From NCBI RefSeq assembly GCF_007748075.1, contig NZ_CP036280.1:1890001-1922000 (forward strand): a DNA stretch of 32,000 bases, written 5' to 3'. Below the pieces are notes generated by a model. It searched no databases. It was not told where the DNA came from and saw only the letters and a program-made list of their open reading frames with translations. Position 1 is the stretch's first letter; each line of letters starts with the position of its first letter. Position numbers and translations under genes: made by a program. This document shows, one piece after another, positions 1 through 10,600 of the stretch. The DNA is from Mucisphaera calidilacus (lineage in GTDB: Bacteria; Planctomycetota; Phycisphaerae; Phycisphaerales; Phycisphaeraceae).

Positions 1-593
1 CCTTCGCCGCAGCACTCCGCAGCTTCCTCCGACAGGACCCCGACATCATCCTCGTCGGCGAGACCCGCGACCTCGAGACCGCACGCATCGCCGTCCAGGC
101 CTCGCTCACCGGCCACCTCGTCTTCACCACACTCCACACCAACGACGCGCCCTCCTCCATCGCACGTCTGCTCGACCTCGGCCTCGAGACCTTCCTCATC
201 ACCGCCACCATCGAGGGCATCATCGCACAGCGACTCGTCCGCAAGATCTGCACACGCTGCAAGACCGAGTACGAGCCCACCGAGGACGAACTCTCCCTCC
301 TCCAGCTCACGCCCGAGGAGATCGAGGGGCGAACCTTCTACCGCGGCAAGGGCTGCGACTACTGCAACGGCTCCGGCTACAAAGGCCGACAAGGCCTTTA
401 TGAAATCATGACACTTAATGACGAGATGCGCGAACTCATCATGAAAAACGCCTCCACCCAGGTCCTCACCGCCGAGGCACGCAAACGCGGCATGAGAACC
501 CTCCGCGAGGCCGGACTCCTCGCACTCTACGACGGCTCCACCTCCATCGAGGAAATCATCAAGGAAACCCTCGCCACGGAAGCCGCAGACTAA
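1..593 (+). CDS. gspE: Type II secretion / type IV pilus assembly ATPase (GspE/PilB family), C-terminal part; 5' end lies outside the window
   Basis: Open in frame 3 from the window edge to TAA 591-593. The translation contains [12 protein letters not shown] (Walker B/Asp box), [13 protein letters not shown] (His box) and a tetracysteine CxxC...CxxC motif (RKICTRCK ... [15 protein letters not shown]) typical of GspE/PilB ATPases. Confidence 0.9.
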   Translation, partial: FAAALRSFLRQDPDIILVGETRDLETARIAVQASLTGHLVFTTLHTNDAPSSIARLLDLGLETFLITATIEGIIAQRLVRKICTRCKTEYEPTEDELSLLQLTPEEIEGRTFYRGKGCDYCNGSGYKGRQGLYEIMTLNDEMRELIMKNASTQVLTAEARKRGMRTLREAGLLALYDGSTSIEEIIKETLATEAAD

Positions 594-619
594 ATCAGCG
601 ACAGGCAAAGGATTACGCC

Positions 620-1942
620 ATGCCCACCTTCCAGTACGAAGCCCTCAACGACGCCGGCAAGCCGCAGAAGGGCACCATCTCCGCCTCCACCTCCGAAGAA
701 GCGATCTCACGCATCCGCAGCCAGGGCCTCTTCCCCACCTCCGTCCGTGAGCAGAAGGCCAAGGCCAAAAAAGGCAAGGGTGGCAAACAGGAAAAGAGCG
801 CTAAGAGCGGCCAGAAAAAGGCCGGCGACATCGAGATCACCATCCCCGGTCTCGACGGCGTCTCCCAGAAACAGCTCACCACCTTCACCCGGCAGCTCTC
901 CACGCTCCAGGACGCCGGCCTCCCCATCCTCCGATCCATCGACATCCTCCACGCCCAGCAAAAAGCCGGCAAGCTCAAGCGGACCCTCGGCGGCGTCTAC
1001 GAGGACGTCTCCTCCGGCTCATCACTCTCCGACGCCATGGGCAAGCACCCCGGCGTCTTCGACACCCTCTTCACCAAGATGATCGCAGCCGGCGAGATCG
1101 GCGGCGTCCTCGACCTCATCCTCAAACGACTCGCCGAGTTCCTCGAAAAAGCCGAGAAACTCAAGCGACGCATCAAGGGCGCCCTCACCTACCCCATCTC
1201 CGTCATCCTCATCGCAGCCGTCATCGTCCTCGCCATCATGATCTTCATCATCCCGTCGTTCATGTCCATCTTCGAGGACTTCGACGCCGAGATGCCCGCA
1301 CTCACCATCTTCCTCATGAACGCCTCCGCCTGGCTCGCCGGGCCCATCCTCGCATGGCTCGGCGCCGACGCTCCACCCGACCAGGTCATCCCCGGCGTCG
1401 TCTGGGTCTGCTTCACGCCCTTCATCGCCTACTTCGCCCTCAAGGTCATCCGCATGACCAACATCGGCAAGGCCACCACCGACTGGCTCATGCTCAAAAT
1501 GCCCGTCGTCGGCGGCATCGCCAGAGCCTCCATCATCGCCCGATTCACCCGAACCCTCGGCACGCTCATCCACGCAGGCGTCCCCATCCTCGACGCCATC
1601 ACCATCACCTCCGAGACCGCCGGCAACTACATCTACGCCAAAGCACTCATGGGCGTCCACGACTCGGTCAAGCAGGGCGACTCCTTCTCCGAACCCCTCC
1701 GCAAGGCCAAGGTCTGCGACTCGCTCGTCACCAACATGCTCGACGTCGGCGAGGAAACCGGCGACCTCGACAAGATGCTCATCCGCATCGCCGACGACTA
1801 CGACGAACAGGTCGACGTCGCCGTCGCCTCACTCACCTCACTCCTCGAACCCGTCATGATCGTGGTCCTCGGCGGCATCGTCGGAACCATCGTCATCGCC
1901 ATGTTCCTGCCCATGGTCGCGCTCATGCAGGCCGTCATGTGA
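620..1942 (+). CDS. gspF: Type II secretion / type IV pilus platform protein (GspF/PilC family)
   Basis: 440-aa ORF with AAGGA 7 nt upstream of the ATG. The N-terminus MPTFQYEALNDAGKPQKGTISA...AISRIRSQGLFP is GspF-like. It has a duplicated domain architecture with three hydrophobic helices, and it lies directly downstream of gspE. A Lys-rich linker (KAKAKKGKGGKQEKSAKSGQKK) is longer than I expect for the family. Confidence 0.88.
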   Translation: MPTFQYEALNDAGKPQKGTISASTSEEAISRIRSQGLFPTSVREQKAKAKKGKGGKQEKSAKSGQKKAGDIEITIPGLDGVSQKQLTTFTRQLSTLQDAGLPILRSIDILHAQQKAGKLKRTLGGVYEDVSSGSSLSDAMGKHPGVFDTLFTKMIAAGEIGGVLDLILKRLAEFLEKAEKLKRRIKGALTYPISVILIAAVIVLAIMIFIIPSFMSIFEDFDAEMPALTIFLMNASAWLAGPILAWLGADAPPDQVIPGVVWVCFTPFIAYFALKVIRMTNIGKATTDWLMLKMPVVGGIARASIIARFTRTLGTLIHAGVPILDAITITSETAGNYIYAKALMGVHDSVKQGDSFSEPLRKAKVCDSLVTNMLDVGEETGDLDKMLIRIADDYDEQVDVAVASLTSLLEPVMIVVLGGIVGTIVIAMFLPMVALMQAVM

Positions 1943-1976
1943 TCCGGACGCAGACGTTCCCGACCGGAGCCTTACC

Positions 1977-2486
1977 TTGACACCAACGACCAACACATCC
2001 CGAGCCTACGCAACACGCCGGGCACTCGCACCCACCGAGACGCTCCTCGCCCTCACCCTCGCGATGATCACACTCCTCGCAGCCGTCTGGATCACCGACT
2101 CCTTCGAGGACCGTCTCCTCGAAAACGAGAACGAGCGCATCCTCACACAACTCTCCACAGCGCTCCGACACTACGAGCGCGAGACCGGCACCACACCGCC
2201 CGGTCTCATCCAGCAGGCCACCGCCGCCCTCCTCGACCACCCCGACACACGCCGACACCTCGACGGACTCCCCCTGCTCCTGGCCGACAACGACCAGCCC
2301 ATCCTCCTCGACGCCTACCTCAACCCGCTCGCCTACACCGAAACCTCGCAGGGCTCACTCCCCGTCGGCGACTTCGTCTCCGCCGGACCCGACGGACGCT
2401 TCGGAAACGCCGCCTCCGACAACCCCGAGGACATCGACGCACTCATCGACGACCGATACAGCTCCGACTTCGAAGCACTCTTCTAA
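1977..2486 (+). CDS. Small membrane-anchored protein, GspG-like tail with a degenerate prepilin leader
   Basis: TTG start at 1977 with GGAG at 1966-1969. One N-terminal hydrophobic helix (TLLALTLAMITLLAAVWI). The C-terminal SAGPDGRFGN...DNPEDIDAL segment resembles the SSGPDGGPIDAD tail of the 3583-4278 pseudopilin. There is no canonical G|F-x-x-x-E cleavage motif. Confidence 0.55.
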   Translation: MTPTTNTSRAYATRRALAPTETLLALTLAMITLLAAVWITDSFEDRLLENENERILTQLSTALRHYERETGTTPPGLIQQATAALLDHPDTRRHLDGLPLLLADNDQPILLDAYLNPLAYTETSQGSLPVGDFVSAGPDGRFGNAASDNPEDIDALIDDRYSSDFEALF

Positions 2487-2519
2487 GAACCACCCCGGCC
2501 TACGCCAACGAGAAACGCC

Positions 2520-3563
2520 ATGAACACGCACCCCAACAACAAACACACCCGCGAGCAGCGGACCGCACGCCCGCAACGAGGCTTCACCACCATCGAACTC
2601 CTCGTCGTCGTCTCCATCATCGCCCTGCTCGTCGCCATCCTCCTGCCCACACTCGGCGCCGTCCAACGCATGGTCCGACAGATGGAGGCCGGCTCGCAGG
2701 CACGCAACATCCACACCGGACTCACCGTCTTCGCACAGGACAACAACTCATGGTTCCCCGGAGCCAGCAACCAAGGCGTCTACGACGACCCTACCAAACT
2801 CACCGGCGGCGGATACACCGCCTCCAACCCGAACCTCACCGAAATCTCCGACACACTTGGCAGCGGCGATGACGTTACCGAGTGGTGGGCCGACGTCATC
2901 GTCTGGACCCTCCTCGACAAGGCACTCGTCACACCCGACGACGTCATCTCACCCGCCGAACCCGACAAATCCGCGTGGGACGGCGGCTACGACGACGATT
3001 CCTCTAACGGATTCCCTGCCTACCTCGGCCTCCGCACCACCGACACCGGGCCCGCACACTCCTACGCCTATCTCGATCCCCGCCCCGGCGACGAGCACCC
3101 GGCAGGCACCGACGACGGACCCACCAACCGCGTCCGTATCAAGAACTGGCGCGACACCACCAACTCACAGGCCCCCATCCTCGCCGACCGCATCCTGAAA
3201 GCACGTCCTGACGACCTCGTCAACGGCCAACCCGCAGATTTCGATTACAGCAGCGGCTCCGCCGACTACGCCAACTACCGCGCCGAGGGGGGGTCCGGGG
3301 AGCAGGGACCCGGCGGCGGCATCTCCATCCACCAGCTCAACTGGGGATCACGCGACTCCGCCACCTGGCAAGGCGTCGTCGTCTGGAACGACGGCCGATC
3401 CGAATTCTCCGAACGCATCGTCCCCGTCACCAAACTCTCCGACAACTTCGCCGTCAAACAGAACGCCAACCGCACCGGCGACGACCTCTTCTTCCCCTTC
3501 TCCCAGGACGAAGACGACGACGATCGCAACGACGCCGTCATGCTCTACGCCAACACCAACTAA
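2520..3563 (+). CDS. Prepilin-type N-terminal cleavage/methylation domain protein (large pseudopilin, 347 aa)
   Basis: N-terminus ...RPQRG|FTTIELLVVVSIIALLVAILLP is a class III signal with Glu at +5. The remainder is an acidic extracellular domain of unknown fold. Confidence 0.8.
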   Translation: MNTHPNNKHTREQRTARPQRGFTTIELLVVVSIIALLVAILLPTLGAVQRMVRQMEAGSQARNIHTGLTVFAQDNNSWFPGASNQGVYDDPTKLTGGGYTASNPNLTEISDTLGSGDDVTEWWADVIVWTLLDKALVTPDDVISPAEPDKSAWDGGYDDDSSNGFPAYLGLRTTDTGPAHSYAYLDPRPGDEHPAGTDDGPTNRVRIKNWRDTTNSQAPILADRILKARPDDLVNGQPADFDYSSGSADYANYRAEGGSGEQGPGGGISIHQLNWGSRDSATWQGVVVWNDGRSEFSERIVPVTKLSDNFAVKQNANRTGDDLFFPFSQDEDDDDRNDAVMLYANTN

Positions 3564-3582
3564 TCACCCAGGCGAACCCACC

Positions 3583-4278
3583 ATGACCGCCAACATCATC
3601 ACAACACGACACGCCCGCGGCTTCACGCTGATCGAGATCCTCGTCGTCATCTCGATCATCGCCGTCCTCATCAGCCTCATCCTCGCCGGCGTCACCGCCA
3701 TCACAGGCAACTCCAAAGAAATCCTCACCACCGCCAACTTCACCACACTCGAAGCCGCCGTCGATTCCTACAAAGAACTCACCGGACGATGGCCACGCGT
3801 CCCCTTCAACCCATCAACAGGCCAACCACTCACCTCGCCCATCTACACAGACAACGGCCGCGACACTGCCTGGTCCAACGACTTCTTCGACGAGCTCCAG
3901 AAATTCGGCGACATCAGCTCCGCCATCGGACCCCTCCTAAGCTCACCACCCGATGACCTCGGACCCGACGACATCCGAACCTTCTCACCCGTCGCCGACG
4001 GCTGGGGCTACGGCATCATCCCCATCGTCCCCAAAGACATCACCTCGCACGGAGCCTCCTCCCAGTACCGCCCCTGGTTCTACTCCTCCGGACCCGACGG
4101 CGGACCCATCGACGCCGACACCAACGGCGGCATCGCCACCCAGATCGTCATCGACATCAACGAAGGCAACGTGCCCGGCAATGAAGACCTCCTCGACGAA
4201 AACGACAACCGCATCAACGACGAAGCACAAGACCTCGGCATCCCCGCCGACGACCTCTACTCCGCCAGCGCTCCCTGA
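3583..4278 (+). CDS. GspG-like pseudopilin (231 aa)
   Basis: N-terminus ...RHARG|FTLIEILVVISIIAVLISLILAG. The segment EAAVDSYKELTGRWP and the SSGPDGGPIDAD tail resemble the major pseudopilin GspG. Confidence 0.8.
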   Translation: MTANIITTRHARGFTLIEILVVISIIAVLISLILAGVTAITGNSKEILTTANFTTLEAAVDSYKELTGRWPRVPFNPSTGQPLTSPIYTDNGRDTAWSNDFFDELQKFGDISSAIGPLLSSPPDDLGPDDIRTFSPVADGWGYGIIPIVPKDITSHGASSQYRPWFYSSGPDGGPIDADTNGGIATQIVIDINEGNVPGNEDLLDENDNRINDEAQDLGIPADDLYSASAP

Positions 4279-4287
4279 GCCAACACC

Positions 4288-5070
4288 ATGAACACCCAAC
4301 ACCCACCCATCACCCATCTCAGCCCGCCACGGACCACCATCCGCACGCACCGCCGCGCCTTCTCACTCGTCGAACTCCTCGTCGTCATCTCCATCATCGC
4401 CGTCCTCGCCGCCACCTCCGTCGGCGCCATCCTCACCCTCATGCGTGCCAACTCCGTCGGCAACGCCGTCAACATCATCACCGCGCAGGCCGCCGTCGCA
4501 CGATCCATCGCACTCCGCGACGGCAAAGACACCGCACTCGTCATCCGACACAGCTACCTCGACGAAAACAACGAATACGACGCCGACACCGTCACCACAC
4601 TCCAGATCGCTCAATTCGTCAGCAACAACGGCATCACCTACTTCCAGACGCTACAGGACCGCGCCTACACCAAACTCCCCCAAGGCATACGAGTCACAAG
4701 CGTCCACACCGCCACGGGCACCACACGCGTGCCTCTCCAGTTCAATCAGGACATCTACACCGACCTGATCATCTGGTTCGACAGCGACGGAACCATCCGC
4801 ACCGCAAGCGACAACGGCACCTCCCTCGCATACCTCGACGGATACCCCGCCTACCCCATGCACTACCTCCGCCTCTTCGACGAACGCGCCATGCAGGCCG
4901 AGGTCGGACCCTACAACCCCACCGTCACCACAGACTTCGGCAACGACCTCCCCGAGTTCCTGAGCGGAACCTACCCCATCGGCAGCAGCTACGACGCCGA
5001 CATCGCCGTCGTCTCCTTCTCCCCCAACACCGGTCTCCCCACCGTCGACCGCAACCAGGAGACCCCGTGA
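4288..5070 (+). CDS. Prepilin-type N-terminal domain protein (260 aa)
   Basis: N-terminus ...THRRA|FSLVELLVVISIIAVLAATSVGA, with Ala instead of Gly at -1 and Glu at +5. It is co-directional and tightly packed with its neighbours. Confidence 0.75.
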   Translation: MNTQHPPITHLSPPRTTIRTHRRAFSLVELLVVISIIAVLAATSVGAILTLMRANSVGNAVNIITAQAAVARSIALRDGKDTALVIRHSYLDENNEYDADTVTTLQIAQFVSNNGITYFQTLQDRAYTKLPQGIRVTSVHTATGTTRVPLQFNQDIYTDLIIWFDSDGTIRTASDNGTSLAYLDGYPAYPMHYLRLFDERAMQAEVGPYNPTVTTDFGNDLPEFLSGTYPIGSSYDADIAVVSFSPNTGLPTVDRNQETP

Positions 5071-6170
5071 TGAAGCCCCACGCACGACACGGCTACACGC
5101 TCGTCGAAATGCTCGTCTCCGCCGGCATCCTCGCCTTCGGCCTCATCCTCCTCGCCGCCATGTTCCCCGCGGGCGGCCTCGCACGACGACAGGCCGCCGA
5201 CGATATCTTCGCTCACATCCACGCACGAAACCTACTCGCCACACTCCAGGCCATCGGGAAAGACGAAATCGATGACCTCCTCGACGACGACCCCGGATTC
5301 GCCTACACCACCGCCGCCTACTTCGGCGGACTGGCCTTCAAACCCCTCGTCGACAAGCTCGACTACGACAACCTCGGCGGCGACCCGCTCGACTTCATCG
5401 CCGCAGGCGCCGGACCCGATCCCGAACGCGACCACACCGTCTACCGACTCCCCTACCTCTCCGCCCCACAGGCCCCCTACCGCTACCAGAAAACACGCCT
5501 CAAGCGATACGGCCAGAACAACAGCGAAATCATCGCACACTACCCCCACGACGACAGCTACCTCATCGCCAATTCGCCCATTGACAACAGATTCGACAAC
5601 CGCTACCCCGACGCTCGCTCCGCCCCAAGCCGCGTCTACGACCATCGCTTCATGATCCGAAGGGCCTCCGCCGAAGCACCATTCGAGTTCGCCGTGTTCG
5701 TCTTCCGACACGAGGACGCCAACGGACCCCACAACGTCACCGGCACCCCCGTCAACGCCGACACCATCATCATCAACGACTTCGACGGCGACGGCGAACG
5801 CGACACCGTCCTCTTCTTCGATGCACGATACGTCCTCTCAGACCCCTTCCTCGAACAGGTCAACCTCGGGGACAACACCACCATCGGCGATCTCGGCAAC
5901 GCCAGCAGCTACCTCCTCGAACTACCGACCAGCGGTGTCCGCAATCACTCCATCCTCATGCAGTCCGACGCCGCAGGCTTCCCCGCCTACGTCACACGCA
6001 TCGTGGGCACCATCGACGACGACGACGAGATCGTCGCACTGCTCGACGGCGGACGCCCACCCGCACTCGTCGACCCCGCCGTGGGCCTGACCACCGCCAA
6101 CCTCAGACCCCACATCATCCACTGGCTCCCCGCTCGAACCGCCACCATCGTCACCGGAATCATCCCTTGA
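5067..6170 (+). CDS. Prepilin-type N-terminal domain protein (367 aa)
   Basis: N-terminus ...ARHG|YTLVEMLVSAGILAFGLILLAAM. The start is GTG 5067 or ATG 5070; both overlap the upstream TGA (5068-5070). AGGAG lies at 5057-5061. Confidence 0.75.
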   Translation: MMKPHARHGYTLVEMLVSAGILAFGLILLAAMFPAGGLARRQAADDIFAHIHARNLLATLQAIGKDEIDDLLDDDPGFAYTTAAYFGGLAFKPLVDKLDYDNLGGDPLDFIAAGAGPDPERDHTVYRLPYLSAPQAPYRYQKTRLKRYGQNNSEIIAHYPHDDSYLIANSPIDNRFDNRYPDARSAPSRVYDHRFMIRRASAEAPFEFAVFVFRHEDANGPHNVTGTPVNADTIIINDFDGDGERDTVLFFDARYVLSDPFLEQVNLGDNTTIGDLGNASSYLLELPTSGVRNHSILMQSDAAGFPAYVTRIVGTIDDDDEIVALLDGGRPPALVDPAVGLTTANLRPHIIHWLPARTATIVTGIIP

Positions 6171-7582
6171 TCCGCACCCAACGCCACCAGCGACGACACA
6201 CACGACACGGCTTCTCACTCATCGAGATGCTCACGGCGATCACCGTCCTCGCCATCGTCTTCACCATCGTCGCACTCGTCATCGCCTCCGTCCGCGACAC
6301 CATCAACCTCGGCGGCGCCCAGGACGAGATCCTCTCCGTCGCGCAGGTCGTCGAGCGGCAGTTCCGCGACGACCTCGCACACGTCAACCACGACGGCTTC
6401 ATGGTCATACGCGCCGGCGCCGTCACGCGACCCACCGAAACCGACCCCGGCAACGCCGACCTCGTTCGAATTCACCGCACCGACATGCTCGGCTTCTTCG
6501 CCAACGGCAAGTTCAGGTCCACACTCGACCCCACCGTCGAAGCACCCCTCGCCTTCATCTGGTACGGACACCTCAGACCCCATCCGTTCTTCTCAGCATT
6601 CGGCTCGAATGATGACCTCGACAACGCCCCACCATTCGCAAGCCCGAACATAGCAACCGCCCAACTCGACTACGTCGATCCGCACCGCTGGATCCTCGGC
6701 CGACGCGCAACCCTCATCCTCCCCATCATCCCGCAGGACACAGCCGGAAACCCGATCACGCACACCGCCAGCATCTGGCGCAACAACGACGATCACTACA
6801 ATCAGGCCACCCCCGCCAACGCACCCAATAACTCCTCGCTCTACGAAAGTGATATTCCTTTCCCGCCCAACACCCCCGCATCCACCGACATCGCCATCGG
6901 CTCACTGGCCAGCTACAAACGCGAAATCCTCGCGTTGTCCGCCGCAGAGCAGTTCCTGAACCTCGCCTACGCCGCATCCCGACGCTACGGCAGCCGCAAC
7001 TACGACATCACCGCCGCGATCGACGGTCAACTCCCCCTCGTCGCCGCCACCCTCGCCCCCTACTGCTCCAGCTTCCGCATCGAATACGCCATCGACGCCG
7101 ACAACAGCGGCGGCGTCGACGTTGTGCGCCCCAGCAACTCCAACACCGCCAACCGAAGCCACCCCACCCACATCCAGTGGCACGCACTCAACCCGACCGA
7201 ACGTGATAACGCATACGGCTCGCTCAATAGCGCCGACGCTTCCGTCGGCGACATCCGCATCTTCGGTTACGACCTCTCGTACGACGACACAGGCACCGGC
7301 ACCGGAGCGACCTACAACCCCGGCAGCGCCCTCACCCTCCTAGGCGAAGGCCTCGAACCCGACACCGGCGACGAGATCTCCGGCATCTACACCGCCTGGC
7401 CACGACTCCTCCGCATCACCATGACACTCCACGACGCCAAGGGCTACCTCCACCAGCAACACCTCGACTCCGTCGAAGTCTACGAAGACCCCGACACCGA
7501 CTCCGGTTACCAGATCTCAGGCGAGCCCGACGGACAACGACTCCAGCTCATCCTCCGTCTGCCGCCGCCGCCCGCCAACTGA
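6167..7582 (+). CDS. Prepilin-type N-terminal domain protein (471 aa)
   Basis: TTG start overlaps the upstream stop (TTGA, 6167-6170). N-terminus ...HTRHG|FSLIEMLTAITVLAIVFTIVALV. Confidence 0.75.
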   Translation: MIRTQRHQRRHTRHGFSLIEMLTAITVLAIVFTIVALVIASVRDTINLGGAQDEILSVAQVVERQFRDDLAHVNHDGFMVIRAGAVTRPTETDPGNADLVRIHRTDMLGFFANGKFRSTLDPTVEAPLAFIWYGHLRPHPFFSAFGSNDDLDNAPPFASPNIATAQLDYVDPHRWILGRRATLILPIIPQDTAGNPITHTASIWRNNDDHYNQATPANAPNNSSLYESDIPFPPNTPASTDIAIGSLASYKREILALSAAEQFLNLAYAASRRYGSRNYDITAAIDGQLPLVAATLAPYCSSFRIEYAIDADNSGGVDVVRPSNSNTANRSHPTHIQWHALNPTERDNAYGSLNSADASVGDIRIFGYDLSYDDTGTGTGATYNPGSALTLLGEGLEPDTGDEISGIYTAWPRLLRITMTLHDAKGYLHQQHLDSVEVYEDPDTDSGYQISGEPDGQRLQLILRLPPPPAN

Positions 7583-7612
7583 CCCGCGCCTCGAGAAGCA
7601 CAGGAGCGCGAC

Positions 7613-10600
7613 ATGAAACACAACATGAAACAACACCACCACGCCCGCAGAGGATCCGCACTGCTCCTCACCGTAGGCGTCCTCCTCCTCATCTTCATCG
7701 CCGGCATCGCCTTCGTCTCCAGCGGACAATCCATGCGCATCGCCGGCTCCGCCTCCGCTCGAACAGCCAACACCGACGCCGCCGTCCAAGCCACCGTCGC
7801 CTACATCGGCAACGTCATCGCCAAAGACTGGACCGACTACACCGATAACCCCATCACCGGCAACTCCGAATACCACGACTACCCCCACCCCGACGTCGAC
7901 CCCTGGCTCGCCTCCGCCGAACCCGAAGACTTCAGCCGCCTCTCAGCCGGCCAGCAGACGTTTCTCAGATCAACAACCAACTACGGCGGCACATCACTCA
8001 ATCGACTCACCGGCTTCATAGACAACCAACTCAATGGCATCGACTCCGATGGCGACACGGACACGAACAACGACTGGGACGCATGGCGCAACATCTCCCG
8101 GCTCGAAGACCTCTCCGGCACCCCTCTTGAGTTCATCGATCTCCGCTACTTCCGCCCCATCGGCGAGAACCCGCCCGTGGGCAACCAGGACGACATCTAC
8201 GACGCGCCCACTGGCTTCAACCCAACCGACGACACCCAGACCCTAACCTATCATCCCGTCAACGCCGCCATTCACGGCGTCAATGACGAGATGAATACCG
8301 ACGGCATCGAAGCCAACCTCAACACCGCCGCCGACGCCGACGGCGACGGCTACACCGACGCCCGCTGGGTCGAACTCCCCATCAACGCGCCAGGCGGCCT
8401 CCGATGGGCCGCCGCCGTGCGCATCATCGACGAAACCGCACTCGCCAACGTCAACACCGCCACCGAAATCGAAGACGCTCTACCCACGACTGCCGAACAA
8501 CGCGAAGCCATGGTCCTTGGTACTACGCCTGCCGATCTCAACCTCAAACGACTCCTCGCCCGCGCTGATTTCCGTACCACCAACAACTACGCGTATTGGG
8601 AAGACTACGAGGTGCCAGATGACCCCTTTACCCAGAAGTCATCCGGCCGTCGCTACGACGAGATCAACACTTCGACGCTCGCCCTGAACTCTGTCAGCTT
8701 CACGAATAGCGGCAGAAGTGACAACACACTCGGAACCATAAATACACAGTCCGTCAGCGACGGTACAGGACTGCAGCGTGATGCACTCTACAGCCACCTC
8801 GGTTACTACGATCCACTGGCAACGAGCGCCCTTGACAGTGCGGGTAACTTGCCGACACGAGAACGTCACGTGCGTGACGCTCTCTGGCAGGCCTATGGCC
8901 GCAATCTGGATGACCGCAGCAGTTTCACAAGTTCGCGACCCTACGATTACCCACATGACGGCACCAGCGTTGCGATAGACGCAGCTTATAACCCCTTCGG
9001 CTTCGACACCCTCCTCGAACTCCGCACACGCTTCGGCATCAACAGCCCCGGATGGTCACCCCTCGAATTCAGCCTGTTCAACGATTTTGATCTTACCGAC
9101 AGCAACGCGTGGTCCGTCCTACGCTCCAACCGAACCGAATCGACCGGAGCACTCACGCGCCGACAACTGCGCATGGGCGTCCGACACCTCCTCACCACCT
9201 ACTCCGGCAGCCGGCAGATACGACCCTACCTCACCACCGCCGGCTCGATGCCTCAGACCAACTCCGACCTCGACCGACAAGCACGAGCCAAACTCAATAT
9301 CAACGAACTGACGACCGCTCGGTTCTCCCTGTTCGAGTCACGCGTCACCGAAGCCGGCCTGACCACAACCGATGCCGAGAACATGGCCGCGAGTATCTAC
9401 GCCTACCGCATGGCGGGTATCTACGACGACACAGCAAGCGTCACCGCCAGCGCGGGCAACCCGACCTCGATCTCTAACTCATTCGCAGCACTCACAGACT
9501 TTGTCACCGCGAACAACCGCCTGGGACTGGAGCCTCAACCCTTCTTCCGGGAAGTGGTCGCCTTAACGCTCCGTGAAGACCCCGCTGGCGATGACAATGG
9601 CGACACGAACCTCAACGACCCTGATGTCGTGATCGCACGACATCTTATCATCGAACTCGCGAACCCCAGTACCATCGATATCGACCTAACACGCTACACA
9701 ATTCAAATCGATGGCACGCCCTACACGCTGACCGGAACCCTCAATGCAGGGCAATCCCGTTTGTTCTACTCCGACACAGCTGCAGGCACATCACCGCTAC
9801 CCATGAGCGCCCTCGTCACAAACATCCTTGCACAATTCGATGCAGTAGGACCGAGTCCTGACAGTAGCATTGACAGCACCGCGGATGTCTTGACGCAGGC
9901 CTCCGACACGGCAGGCTTCACCACAAACGCCAGACTCGAGCTCCTCTACTCCGACGGTACGACCGTCGTGATGCTAGACCGGATGAGAAACAGCACCGCC
10001 AACTGGCCCAGCACGACAGCGACCGACGCCGCCGACGCGCAACAACTCCTTACCATTCAGGTCAGCCAGCGTGAAGACAGCGGCACCTCCGATCCGCACT
10101 ACATCATGGAGGACGCCGCCGCGAACGGGCACATCGAAACCGAAATCTCTCCCTACGCCGGCGCGGTCTCAGCCGCAGACATCCCCGACAACTTCGGACG
10201 TGACGCAGACAGCGGCACAACCTATCCCGCACTCACGAACTATCAACTCTACTTCGGCAAGATCCGTGACGGCACGGCTACCGACTTCACAGCTCCGAGC
10301 TTCGATTCCGTCGGCGAACTCGGGCTCATGTCCACATCGATCTATCACGACACGACCGCAGGCACCGAGGAACCCATCACCGAACGCTTGAACGCCGAGT
10401 TCGCTGCCGGTGCCACACCCACCCGCTACGTCGGCCGACTCGACTGGACCAACGTCAACACCACCTACACCAACACGGATCTTCACCTCCCCGACGCTGT
10501 CCACCTCATGGACCAGTTCACCACCCTCGAAGGGCCCGACGCGACCGCCACCACCAACGACGCTCTCAACGACGGCATGGCCTTCGGCGTCATCAACATC

